A stretch of 62,905 nucleotides of DNA, counting the filler, from Chiloscyllium plagiosum (Eukaryota), in assembly GCF_004010195.1 (NCBI RefSeq). It is 3 parts of one record of this genome, joined end to end, with 100 filler letters (N's around TTAATTAATTAA, not from the genome) between each part and the next. Parts side by side here need not be neighbours in the genome. Positions count along the whole stretch, not along the records: positions 13,072 to 39,677 come from NC_057717.1; 2 more parts are not named here. The stretch is one strand, 5' to 3'. Under the pieces are notes generated by a model. It was not told where the DNA came from. It was given only the letters and a program-made list of their open reading frames with translations, and ran no database searches. The number at the start of each line of letters is the position of its first letter. The first letter of the stretch is position 1. Position numbers and translations under genes: made by a program. This document shows positions 12,972 through 24,439 of this stretch, one piece after another.

Positions 12972-13071
12972 NNNNNNNNNNNNNNNNNNNNNNNNNNNNN
13001 NNNNNNNNNNNNNNNTTAATTAATTAANNNNNNNNNNNNNNNNNNNNNNNNNNNNNNNNNNNNNNNNNNNN
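12972..13071. other. Artificial scaffold linker N44-TTAATTAATTAA-N44
   Basis: Exactly 100 bp with a six-frame stop 12-mer centred in Ns. Identical structure at 39678-39777. Confidence 0.95.
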
Positions 13072-13312
13072 GGGGGTTAGGTATAGGACAGATGTTAGGG
13101 GTAGGTTTTTTACTCAGCGAGTCGTGAGTTCATGGAATGCCCTGCCAGTAGCAGTGGTGGACTCTCCCTCATTATGGGCATTTTAGCGGGCATTGGATAG
13201 GCATATGGAGGATAGTGGGCTAGTGTAGGTTAGGTGGGCTTGGATCGGCGCAATATCGAGGGCCGAGGGGCCTGTACTGCGCTGTATTCTTCTATGTTCT
13301 ATGTTCTATATG
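13072..13312 (+). mobile_element. Young CR1 LINE 3' end with (TTCTATG)n tail
   Basis: ttttactcagcgagtcgtg...ggcctgtactgcgctgtattcttctatgttctatgttcta; nearly identical to 33389-33495. Confidence 0.9.
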
Positions 13313-15519
13313 CTAACCATACTCGCCTCAGATTACTGCCTGCAATGGGAAGATTTGCTGCGTGTGTGTGTGTTCATCAGAAACTGAGGGAGAGTGCGTG
13401 TGTGCGCGCAATAGGTGTGGTTGAATGCGAAACTCATTGTTTGAGAAGGAACGCACATGGAGGAAATTATTTGGCGGAGTTTTTGTTAATCGACAGAGAG
13501 TGAACAAGAGACGTTTCATGGACTGATGAGATTAAGTGTTTGAGAATGTTAAAATAAAGACATTGCCAGACACAATAGCAATATACATCCGCGTGTGCAT
13601 GAATGATAGATGGATGGGATTTTGCTGTGAGTTCATATCAGATTTGCTTCGGAAGGTTTGAAGCCGGGAGCGTCAGCAGCAGATTATTGGCTTTCTTAAG
13701 ACTTTATTTCATAGCTCAAGATTCAAACAGCAGATGGAATAAACCAGTGAGATATATTCTGGAGTGGTGAGTATTTCAAGTTAGAAATAGTCAGGGCATG
13801 GTGGCAGGAATCAGCTCATAGTCAAAGGGATCAACCACAGTTATGACTTGTCTGCTTCAGCCGCAGTTATTGGCCAGGGATGTGATGGAAACAGTGGAAG
13901 GAAGTGGACTCTGTAAGCAGAACAGTATAGAGAGACCTCCATGTTCTTAATATTTCAACAACAAAGACAATGATACAATACATTGTGGTTCTCCGCTGCA
14001 ACTGAGTAGGTCAACATAGAGACCCGTGAGTAACACTGTCAGAGCAGAGTGGGAGGCAGTAATTGAACACATTCCTTGATGTAGTTAGTAGTGTCTGTAG
14101 AGTAATATCTGGATTCAGAGTTTCAACAGGAACAATAATAGTGGCAAGAAGTGTAAACTATTTGAGAGAACAGTACGACACTCATAACTAGTTTATAGAA
14201 AAAAAAACTGGACAGTGACGCTTACCAGGAACACCAACGATAGCTAGGTAGGGATAATAAAAGTATTGAATAATGAGAAGAGCGTAATAGATCTGCGATG
14301 ACAATGACAACCAATAAAATGCAGAACGATACCGAATATAATCGGATAAGCTCCTGTCTATTGTTGGAATATTCCAGTCTAATGTTCTCAGATTCTGATC
14401 CATTTTTGGAACATTCCAGTCTCATGTTCTCAGATTCTGATCTCTCCGCCCCCTCTCTCTCGATCTGCTGATCTCTGTCAGTGCTGTCGGAGATATTCCC
14501 GTTCATGTTATGGGATAACATTGAATGGCGCCCATTTATAATTAAAAGATGGAAACCCTCAACTGGGATAATTAGAATCCATGAAGACTGGCATTAATCA
14601 CAGTCACTGAACAAACAGGCTCAGTTTACCATTTCCATACATCACTTTTCAAATCACTGTAAAAGGGAACATTTACTGGTTTTGGATGGAATGGATGAGG
14701 GGAGCTGAGGGATGAACCATAAATCTTTCAATCTTTTTAATATTTTTTTCTTGTATGTGAGAGTATTAACAGGACTTTGCAGGGGTCTATATACGTTCCA
14801 CTGTGCTTATGAAAGGAGGCAGTTATAAAATAACAGATCGGCTACCCAAAAAATGTTGGGTGGGCATGTTTCTACATACCTTAACCCAAAGTATGATTCT
14901 TATTGACCAATGTGAGGCTACTCCTGGTTTTAAGTTCCCAGTTAGCAAATCTTTTCATAACCTTGAGACAGAGCATTGAGATTGCTGCTCAGGAACAGGC
15001 CAAAGCAACATGTCCCTATGGGCCTCTTACAGATGGATAAGAAAAGGCCATTCAGCCCATATTAGCCAGTTGCTACTTGAAAAGGTGGAAAGCTAGAATG
15101 TTGGCACATTTTGCCAACAGAATGATTCATAACAAAGAGATGTGTAACTGCAGCTGTATGATGCGTTACTGAGAGGGCACCTGGAGTACATTGTGTTGTT
15201 TATATTTCTGTAACTGAGAACGGATGGACCTCCATCAGATCCAGTTTACCGCCTGCTCGTAATCCAGATGTTGCTGTGTCATTTGATGTCTCGTCTCTGT
15301 TAGACAGGGTCAGGAGGAGGTCATGCAGCCTGTCGAGTGTGTTATAGAGGGACAGGAGGTGGCCATTCAGCAAAACGAGTCTATTACAGGGGAATATGAG
15401 GAGGATATGCAACCTCTCCATTCTATTACAGAGGAATAGAGGGAGCCCATTCAGTCTCTCGAGCCTGTTACAGAGGGGCAGGAAGTATGTATTTAACAGT
15501 TCAAGTCTTTACGCATAAA

Positions 15520-18030
15520 TATTAGTTATAAACTAGTGAAGGAATTGGAAAGACCTGATTTAAACATTTCTGTTCTAACTTTGAACAAAGCCAATTTTGA
15601 AAGTGTTAGGCGAGTCCAGTGAAAGGCTGATTGGGATACCCTATTCACAGGTAAAGGGATGGTTGAAAAATGCGAGGCCATCAAAACTTGGTTTCAGAGA
15701 GTCCAGAGCCAATGTGTTCCGATTAGTGAGAGGGGCGAGGCTGATGGGTGCAGGGAGTGCTGGATGGCTAGATATATTGATGCTCTGGTCAAGGTAAGGA
15801 AGGAGGCGTATGTCAGGTAAACAGAGCTGAGATCAAGTGAATCCCGAGAGGAGTATAAGTGCAGTAATTGTAGAGTCAACGGGGAAATCGGGCCAGAAAA
15901 ATGTGGACATGAGATGTCTTTAAAAAAATAGGGCTAACGAGGCATTGAAGAAATTCTACAAATCCTTAAATGGCAAAATATTAACTGGGGAGAGAATAGA
16001 GCTCCTAAAAGATCTGTAAGGCTACCTATGTGTGGAACCACAGGAGATGGGAGGTATAGGAAACAAGTATTTCTCCTCAGTATTTAATGTGGAAGAGGTT
16101 TCAAGAGAGAGAATGAATAAATATATAATGATATCTTGAAAAGTGTTTATATTACAAGGAGGCGTTGGACATTTTTAAACAAAGTTGATCAAATGCCTGG
16201 GACTGATCACTTGTATCCCAGACGTTTTTGGGAAGCAAGAAAGAGATTGCTTTGAATTTTGCTGATATATTTGTATCATTGATTTCCGCAGGTGATGTGT
16301 CAAAAGACTGGAGAGCTGCTAACATAGTGTCATTTTTTAAGAAATTAAGGAAAAAACAGGTAACTCTCGACCGATGAGCCTGACATCAATGGTGACTAAA
16401 TTGTTGGAGGGGATTTTGAGGGAAAGAATGTATATGCATTTGGAAAGACAAGGTCTGTGGAGGGCTTTGTACATTCGAGATCACGTCTCACTGACTCGGT
16501 GGAATTTTTTGAGGAAGTGATTAAGATGATTGATGAAGGCAGGACCGGGGATGTTGTCTTTATGGAATTCAATAAGAAAACCAAAATGTTCTACATGGTA
16601 GACCGGTTAGCAAGGTTAGACTGCCTGGAATCTAGGGCGGGCAATTTAGATCTAAAATTTTCTTGAATATTGGAGACAGGGTGTGACAGTGGATATTTGT
16701 TCATTAAACTTAGGACCAGTGGTGTGCCGCAAAGATCAATAGTGGGTCCACTGCCTTTTGTCACTTATATAAATCATTTGCACTTGAGTATATGAATTAC
16801 GGTCAGTAAGTTTTTGGATAATTCGAAATTTGGTGTTGTAGTCAACAGTGAAGACTGATATCTCAAAATGTAATGGGACGTTGATGAGGTGAGCCGAGGA
16901 TCGGCAGATGGAGTTTATTTTAAATAAATGTGAGGTGTTGCATTTTGGCAAGAAAATTCAGGGCAAGATATATAGGTGGTGTCCTGCCGAACATTGTCAA
17001 TTAAGGATAACTCCATAGAAATTCTAGAATCCCTACAGTTAGGAAATAGGATTTTTGGCCCATCGAGGCCACACCGACCGTCTAATCAGTATCCCACTGG
17101 ACAAACCCCTACCCTATCCCCCTGAGCCTGCATTTCCCATGGCTAATCCACCTCGTCTACACATCCCAGGGTACTATGCATAATTTAGGATGGCCAATAT
17201 ACCCTTACCTGTATATCTTTACACTGTCTGAGGAAAACATAGCACCCGGAGGAAAACCACGTGGACACAGAGAGAATGTACATACTCCACACAGTCAGTC
17301 ATTCAAGGATGGAATTAAACCGAGATCACTGCCCTGTGAGGCACCTTGTGGTGAAGGTTCTCAGTTCCTTGAAAGTGCCGTCACAGGTAGACAGCGCAGT
17401 GAAGAAAGCACTTGGTGATCTTCCCTTTATTGGTGCGTGCTTAGAGTCTAAGCATTTGCATGACGTGTTGCATCTGTACAGGACATTGGTTTGGGCACTT
17501 TTACAATATTGCCATTAATATGGTCTCCCTGCTGTCGGAAAGATGTTGTCAAACTTGAAAGGGCACAGAAGAGATTTAAAAGAATGCTGCAGGTGTTGTT
17601 AGAGTTACAGGGAGAGTTTGAATAGGCTGGGACTATTTTTAAGTGTTGAGTCTGAGGGGGACCTAAAAGAGGATTATAAAATCATGCGTGGTATAGATAA
17701 GGTAAACAGTCAATGTCTTTTCCCCAGGATAGACGAGTCCAAAATTAGAAGACAAATGTTTAAGGTGAGAGGAGAAAGATTTAAAAAGGGACATGAGGGA
17801 CATTTCCTCACAGAGACTGCTATGTGTATGGATTGAACTGCCAAAGGAGGTGGTGGAGGCAGGTACAGTTACACCATTTAAGAGGCATTTAGATGGATAT
17901 ATGCATGGGAGATATATAGAGGGAGATGGGCCAAGTGGTGGCAAGGGGGACAAAATTTATTTAGGATATTTGAAGGCATGGACGACCGGAATGAGGGATC
18001 TTTTTCTGTGCTGTACATCTCTGAGATTCT
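15520..18030 (+). mobile_element. CR1 LINE ORF2 (RT) and 3' UTR, degraded, interrupted by a SINE
   Basis: ORFs 16457..16666 (SRLTDSVEFFEEVIKMIDEG..DVVFMEF), 17261..17518 (LYRTLV..LLQYC) and 17618..17836 (GDLKEDYKIMRGIDKVN). Paralog at ~55945-58570. Confidence 0.9.
17015..17342 (-). mobile_element. tRNA-derived SINE (HE1-like) inserted in the CR1 before the duplication
   Basis: gcacccggaggaaaaccacgtggacacag...actccacacag...ctgtgaggca; shared with the paralog at ~57540-57870. Confidence 0.8.
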
Positions 18031-18317
18031 ATTGACTCTTGAGTGTTTAACATGGGAACAGGAGGAGGTTGGTCAGCTTCTGAATTCTGTCAGTCCGCTT
18101 GTTTACTCAATTACTGAGAGTCAAATTCAAAAATAAATCACTCCGATTATGATGATGTTTTGCAGAAACAGGAGAAAAGCGTTTAGTCAAGAAAAGCTGT
18201 AAAGAATGCGAAGAGGCCATTAAGTACCTCAATTCCATTCCACTGGAGCAGCAGTTGAGCACAGAACTATTGGAGCCTGTTACTCTGGAGCAGGTGGGGG
18301 ACATATCTCAGCTGCTG

Positions 18318-19005
18318 AAGACTGGGACACAGGAAGAGGAGGCAGTCACTCAATTGCACGAGATTAGGTCACAGGAACAGGAGGCATTCACTCAACTGCA
18401 TGACACTGCGACACAGGAACAGAAGGGTGTCACTCAACTGCTCAAGACTGGGACACAGGAACAGGAGGCAGTCATTCAACTGTTCGGGACTGGGATACGG
18501 GAACAGGAGGCAGTCACTCAATTGCACGAGACTATTCACAGGAACAGGAGGCATTCACTCAACTGCATGAGACTGGGACACAGGAACAGAAGGGTGTCAC
18601 TCAACTGCTCAAGACTGGGACACAGGAACAGGAGGCAGTCATTCAACTGTTCGGGACTGGGATACAGGAACAGGAGGCAATCACTCAACTGCATGAGATT
18701 GGGGCACAGGAACAGGAGGATGTCACTCAACTGCTCAAGATTGGGACACAGGAACAGAAGGCAGTCACTCAACTGCTCGAGACTGGGTCACAGGAGCAGG
18801 AGGGAGTCGTTCAACTGCTCGAGACTGGGTCACAAGAACAGGAGGGAGTCATTCAACTGCTCGAGACTGGGACACAGGAACAGAAGGCAGTTACTCAATT
18901 GCTCGAGACTGAGTCACAGGAACAGGAGGGAGTCATTCAACTGTTCGTGACTGGGACACAGGAGCAGGAGGCAGTCACTCAAATGCTCGAAATTGGGACA
19001 CAGGG
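18318..19005 (+). repeat. Homogeneous 42-bp tandem array (~16 units, GAGACTGGGACACAGGAACAGGAGGCAGTCACTCAACTGCTC)
   Basis: Units read directly. One 41-bp unit at ~18528 shifts the reading from ETGTQEQEAVTQLL to RLGHRNRRQSLNCS. Confidence 0.95.
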
Positions 19006-19199
19006 AAATCTGGAGACTGGTGAGGCCCGAGGATCCTGTTACGCAGGAACAGGAGGAGGTGACTCACTCCCCACCAGTATGGGACACTGGGCGAAAAGAG
19101 GGGTTTGCTTGGCACAAACAGAAATGAATGATAAGTTGCATTACTGGTCCATTCAACCCTGCCCCACTATTCACTAAGACCACAGCTGATCTGATTGTG

Positions 19200-19770
19200 A
19201 TTCCCTCATTCCATTTTACGGAGACTCCCCTCTCTGCAGCCTATGCGCCATTTGTTGGTCATGTTGCAGACCCAGATGCTGTAACAACAGTCACCAAGAC
19301 TTATCCAGAAGGATGGGTCTAACCGGATGAGTCAGGATTTGAAGGGTCCAGTCCCAAGAATGAAAACAAAAAATAAAGGTATTGCCTGATGTTTGGTTCT
19401 CTCACATTCGCAATCCAACTCACATACCTAGCCCATCCATGACACTTTCAGGATGGAGCACTGTGTAGATCCGGCTAGCATACTGCTGAATGCAACCAAG
19501 CAATATCCAGACTGTAACTCTGTGCAGCCCACACCAATGCTTGATCTATAATCATGGGCTAAATGTCCAGCGTGGGGAGTTGTGCAGACCGCAGTGGTTC
19601 ATTCATATATAAACCCCGGCTGTTGCATTGTTCGGTAACACTGTGTTAGATCGCTGCCCAATGTGGGGAAACTTGCAGCCAATGTTGGATGTGACAGGAT
19701 GTGCAGCTCCCATCCATTTACAGCTCCATATCTCCACTCTACCTTGACAAGGGGAGACATGGATGTGAAA
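19200..19770 (-). mobile_element. Second Harbinger-related remnant (5' part)
   Basis: ctctgcagcct...tttgtt..tcatgtt.cag.c.cagatgctgtaac.acagtc matches 8825-8890. Extent beyond ~19320 is uncertain. Confidence 0.45.
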
Positions 19771-19774
19771 ATCA

Positions 19775-20280
19775 CTGCGATGGAGAGGTGCAAATTGAAA
19801 CAGTTTAATTATCAATAGTTCTGATTAAGGCAACGATCACATCTGTATTTAAAGTTGAAATAATTGAGATAATACCCAATGAGGTTTCGTGAATGGTGCA
19901 AAGTAGTTAGAGGGGGATAGTTATGTTATAGTGGTGCACAATAAGCTTCCAAATCATCAATGGGAATTAGAGGAAGAAATATGCAGGGAGACTGGGGAGA
20001 CTTGCAGGAACAATGGGGTTGTTGTAATAGGTGTTTTTAATTTTCCTAACATAGACTGGGACTTCGAGATGGTTGAGAACTTAGAAGGAATGTAATTTGT
20101 TAAGTGTGTTCAGGAAAGTTTCCACAAGCAATATGTAGAGTATTCTATTCGGGAAGGGACAAATTCGACCTACCGTTGGGAAATAGGGCAGGATAGGTGA
20201 AGGAGATAAAGTGGAGGAGCTTTTTGGGAAAAGTGAAATAACCAGAATTACGAAGTGTGAATGGATACCTATAACCATAA
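19775..20280 (+). mobile_element. CR1 endonuclease remnant
   Basis: VVIG.FNFPNIDW (GDFNFPNIDW intact in the paralog near 60285) and FVKCVQE...QYVE. Confidence 0.8.
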
Positions 20281-20750
20281 AATAAATGTAGATTTTTGTT
20301 TGGTCTGTGTAAAGCATGCTGACCGTTGCATGAAAGTATAAAGATGACGGAATATATTGTTAGGAGTGTCCGTCCCGTTGGGAAATGCCCTCAAACAGGC
20401 GCTTGAAAAAAACCGGGAAAAAGTGCCTGAGTGCTGTCTGGTCAGTGACAGGAACCCAGGCCGTTTAATGACTGAAAGTTCCTGTAACTTGGAGCTGAGA
20501 AAACCATCAGACTAGCCGGGACCTTTTTAAATGTTAGAGCACATTTGAAGGGCTGAATGGCCTTAGCATGGTTTGAATTGTGTGTGATTTAAAACAACAT
20601 ACATCTCTACTCCTTCCTCTTATTTGTTACAGACTGGGACATTGCCATTTTCCTGGAACTAGGAATTATTTGGAACATTATCTGGAGAGTTCCATAATCG
20701 GCATTCTCAAGAATATTCTATAACTGTGTGGGAGGTATTGCAAAGTTTTC

Positions 20751-20994
20751 AGCTGGTTGGAGGAAAGTATAGAGGGATGTCAGAGGCGGGTTCTTTACAC
20801 AGAGAGTTGTGAGAGCATGGAATACATTGCCAGCAGCAGTTGTGGAAGCAGGGTCATTGGGGACATTTAAGAGACTACTGGGCATGCATATGGTCACAGA
20901 AATTTGAGGATGCATACATGAGGATCAGTGGTCGGCAGAACATCGTGGGCTGAAGGGCCTGTTCTGTGCTGTACTGTTCTATGTTCTATGTTCT
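20751..20994 (+). mobile_element. CR1 LINE 3' end with (TTCTATG)n tail
   Basis: ttctttacacagagagttgtg...gggctgaagggcctgttctgtgctgtactgttctatgttctatgttcta. Paralog at ~61008-61246. Confidence 0.9.
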
Positions 20995-22815
20995 AAATGG
21001 AAAATTCTTCCTAAGTAGTATGGATTCTCCCCTATTCCTACTATTAAAAGATGAGAAATAAACCCAATCAAACCCGCCCTGCTGTAACGTCAAATGTTCC
21101 TTGCCATCAAGGTACATCTCCTGAAATAGAACAACATCCACCCTTTCTGTTTTAAGAGGAGATAGTACTTTTTTCCTCTTGACTGGAAGATGGCCTCCCT
21201 TAATGTTCCAGGTACACATTAAAGCACATCATTATCCATAACACACTGCAGCAACATTTCAACTCTAGAGTTTCACATTGAATTACACATCGCTGATCAT
21301 TAATGAAAAAAACTCATAGAGCCTAAAAACTGTACAAACTAAAACTACTACAACTAACAAGCTCTCAAAACTTTCCAAACCTAAACACATAAAAAACAAA
21401 CAACGAAATAACATCCAAAGTTCCAATGACACTCGAAAGGGGAATTTACCTCTCCTGGACCCCACCCCCTACCAACTGGGGATGCTTACATATCTTAAAA
21501 CTTTATCTTCTGCCCGCTACCAAAATGGAATCCAAGGCAATTAACAACACAAACTGCCTTTCGGTCGGCACTTAGTCATCACAACTACCTTTGTAAATCC
21601 CTCCAGCTTGAGCTGCACCCAGGACACAAGCAAAGAAAGACAAAAAGAGTACTAATATTAATGAAGGAGGTACAAATGAGTACTCTACCCATCCCCGACT
21701 ATAATTTAACACTGGTTAATACCAGAAAAAAACCAACAAAATTTCTTTAAGGAGAAACATTATTATCTAAATATCCAGCTTACTTTAAAATGTCCACAAA
21801 GTTTTCGCTTTCTCTGGAGAGTCAGACGAGTTCGTGGATCCATTGAAAGCAATACAGAGCATCGCTGGGTACCGTAAGGAATAGTGAATCCAGAGTTCCC
21901 TTACTCTTCTCTTGATGTCATCAAAAGATTTTCGTTCCTGAATCACCGCCGCTGAAAAGTCCTGCAAGAACATAATCCTGGAGCTCTCGTGAAATAAACC
22001 CATCCGATCGTTCCCCTGGTTTCTGAAAGCTTCCATCAGTCTTTGTTTGTCCCCATAACTATGTAACCGCACAAGGACAGGATGAATGCGTTGGTCTGAG
22101 TCTGACTTCCGCGCCGTAACCCGATGAACTGTCTCACTCTTCACCCGTCCCTCTTCAGCTTCGAAGTGAAGGAATCGCTGCAGCCAGTTCTTGAAAAAAC
22201 TCACCGGCTGACCACCTTCTGTCCGCTCCAGCAAACCGACGATGTGAATATTCTTCATCCTACCCCTGTTCTCGAGATCGTCATCTTGTTCAGTTAAGGT
22301 GCAGACCTGTTTTTCAAAGGCGAGGATCCTCTCCCGAGAGGAATCGATCACGGTCTCTGTCGCTGCAGTTCGGCCCTTGGCATCGTCTGTTCTGTTTCTA
22401 AGGCTGTCACGTTGCTGCTCATGTTATTGGAGCACGGCTGACAGCGGCTGTAGCCACGGCTGAACGGGTCTTCAATCATGGCTTCAACCATTTCACGTAA
22501 CTTGGTGAACTCAGTGACCAAGGCCTGATGAGTAACTGGATCGATTGAACGAGCAGAGTGGGTTGCAGCTACAGCCTCAGGCATGCTCGATGCTTCTGAC
22601 GGGTGCACCGTGTGTTGGGACTTACTCGATCCTTTCCCGTGTTTTGTCATTTCCACTTGACAAATCGGGATAAGTAAAGATTCTATCGCTCTTTTAGTGT
22701 TGAATTTTAAGTAAATGGCAGGGATGGGATGGGTTAGAGAACCACTTTGGCCGTGCATTAATGCAAAGCCCAGCAAAGCAAACCTTCTGGATCGCCGCCA
22801 TCTTGTATTCCTCCC
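20995..22815 (-). mobile_element. L1-clade LINE, 5' half (5' UTR, ORF1, spacer, start of ORF2 endonuclease), frameshifted
   Basis: ORF1 from ~22650 (MTKHGKGSSK...) through DDLENRGRMKNIHIVGL...IMFLQDFS...YSLRYPA is Transposase_22/L1 ORF1p-like. ORF2 start CTWNIKG...KRKKVL..LK...DVVLFQE is the APE N-terminus. Confidence 0.92.
22796..22815 (-). promoter_or_regulatory. L1 5' terminus with YY1-type motif (GGGAGGAATACAAGATGGCG)
   Basis: The plus strand reads cgccatcttgtattcctccc, placing AAGATGGCG about 12 nt from a G-rich start, as in other vertebrate L1 5' ends. Confidence 0.65.
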
Positions 22816-23319
22816 TTAACATTTTATCGATATTATCATTTCATTTTGCATTTATTCCTTGGAGTTTCTGAAGCGGGTTATTTTATAACACTTTTTACAA
22901 TACCACTGTCTACATTTCCCCCCACACTGCACATTGCTGCCCATTCCTCGATAATCCTTGACTCTGTTGTTATTTATGAACCTTCCATCTGTGCCTCAAA
23001 AATAATCAATACTTCTGCCTCCAATGGTCTGTGGGGAAGAGTGTTCTAAAGTCTCACAGCACTTTGAGAAAACAATTATAAACATTATGATCTGAGTGTG
23101 ACATTAGTTTTTTGTGCCTCCTTATGTGAGAAAGGATATAATTATATTGGAAGCAGTTCAGAGATATTTCATTTCACGTATTCCTGGGGTGAAGGGCTTA
23201 TATTATGAAGGATTTAACAGGTTACTCTTGAAATGAGAATGAAACATATAAGACCATGATAAGAGTGGATTAGGTATGTACCCACTGAGTATTTGTATAG
23301 TCCAAATTTATTGTCATTG

Positions 23320-23660
23320 TCATATAACCTCTGCAGTGTGGGGGCAGGACATTCCGTCCATGAAGTCCGCACTGATCCAGCAAACAGTATCCCACTTGGA
23401 CGTGCCCCCCAATCTTATCCATGTAACCCTGCATTTCCCATAACTAACCCACCTAACCTACGCATCCCTGGGCACTATGGGCAATCCGCTCTAAACTGCA
23501 CATCTTTGGACTGTGGGAGGAAACTGGAGCAATGGGAGGAAAGCCATTCAGACACAGGGAGAATGTTCAAACTCCACATAGAGGGTCGCCCGAGATTGGA
23601 ATTGAACCCAGCTCCTTCATGATGTGAGGAAGCAGTGCTACCCACAGATCCACCATACTC
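23320..23660 (-). mobile_element. tRNA-derived SINE (HE1-like), diverged
   Basis: tgcacatctttggactgtgggaggaaactggagc...ggaattgaaccc (B box)...agcagtgctacccac (A box region). Confidence 0.8.
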
Positions 23661-24439
23661 CTCCGGTAGTTCTGTGAGTAACTTGTGGCTGACTAAAGAA
23701 ATCTGCCTGACTTGTTCTTATCACTGAACCTGACGAAGTCTGAGACCTTTATTATCGGCCATATCACCAACCTGCTTACATTTCAAATTTGTTGTGAGCA
23801 GTGGAAGAATGGGACTAGAAAAGGAAAGAGTGACACCCTCCATCCTCAGTCACAACTGGAGTGAGAAAAAAATCACAAAGTGGGAATTCATTCAAGTGGG
23901 AATTCTCTTTCTCAGAACTTTGGGATGGCTGAATCTTTATATTATATTTTTATATCATAGTATATTATATTGCCTGATTTTCCATAGACAGTTGAATCAG
24001 GGATAATGGTGCATGGAGAGAAAAGTGCAGCTGGAACCACAATGAGATGAGCCACGACTTTATTTACTGGTTGAGCAGTGTCAAAGGGCCGAATGGCCCA
24101 CTCGTGTCCCTCAGCCCTTTGTTCTGATGTTCCATTCAGCCCTTCGGACCTGCTACACAAGGCCACTCCGATGGTTAGGTGCAATTTTTGAAATGTACTT
24201 GGAAAATCCAGGCTGGGTCAGGAAGTGACACTAACCCCCAATCTCTGTTTCCAGACTTCCCCTCTCCGCAACGTCTGCTCCAGATGTCGGTCATGTTACA
24301 GACCCAGATTTGCTGTGAATACAGCCCCCATACCCCACCCAGCACGAACCTAAACAAATCCTCTGCTCACCCGAATATAACATTTCACAACACAACTTCC
24401 GGGAAAATAACCAGTTATTTTGCAAAAGCATGACATGTG

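Larger units (their letters stand above)
230..22660 (+). repeat. Segmental duplication, copy 1
   Basis: Colinear with 42513-62905, e.g. gtgatagtaccacccacaat at ~230 and ~42512, and ttccacttga at 22651 and 62885. Dozens of ORF-track translations come in near-identical pairs. Confidence 0.97.

Noticed and set aside
13016..13027. TTAATTAATTAA as a piggyBac TTAA target or regulatory palindrome
   Set aside because: Centred symmetrically in a 100-bp N block twice; it is an assembly linker.
18255..18950. 231-aa ORF as a real gene
   Set aside because: Non-ATG start, entirely tandem repeat whose unit lacks stops, and a frame switch mid-array.
18318..19005. CRISPR-like array
   Set aside because: Units are contiguous with no unique spacers, there are no cas genes, and the context is vertebrate. 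This is a minisatellite.
20631..20735. Possible exon (ttacag|...gag|gtattg) and nearby STAT/NF-kB-like motifs
   Set aside because: In-frame stop in copy 1, acceptor AG lost in copy 2, no recognisable product, and short motifs are expected by chance.
24215..24410. ETS (caggaagtg) and STAT (ttccgggaa) motifs as an enhancer
   Set aside because: Isolated short motifs with no supporting evidence.
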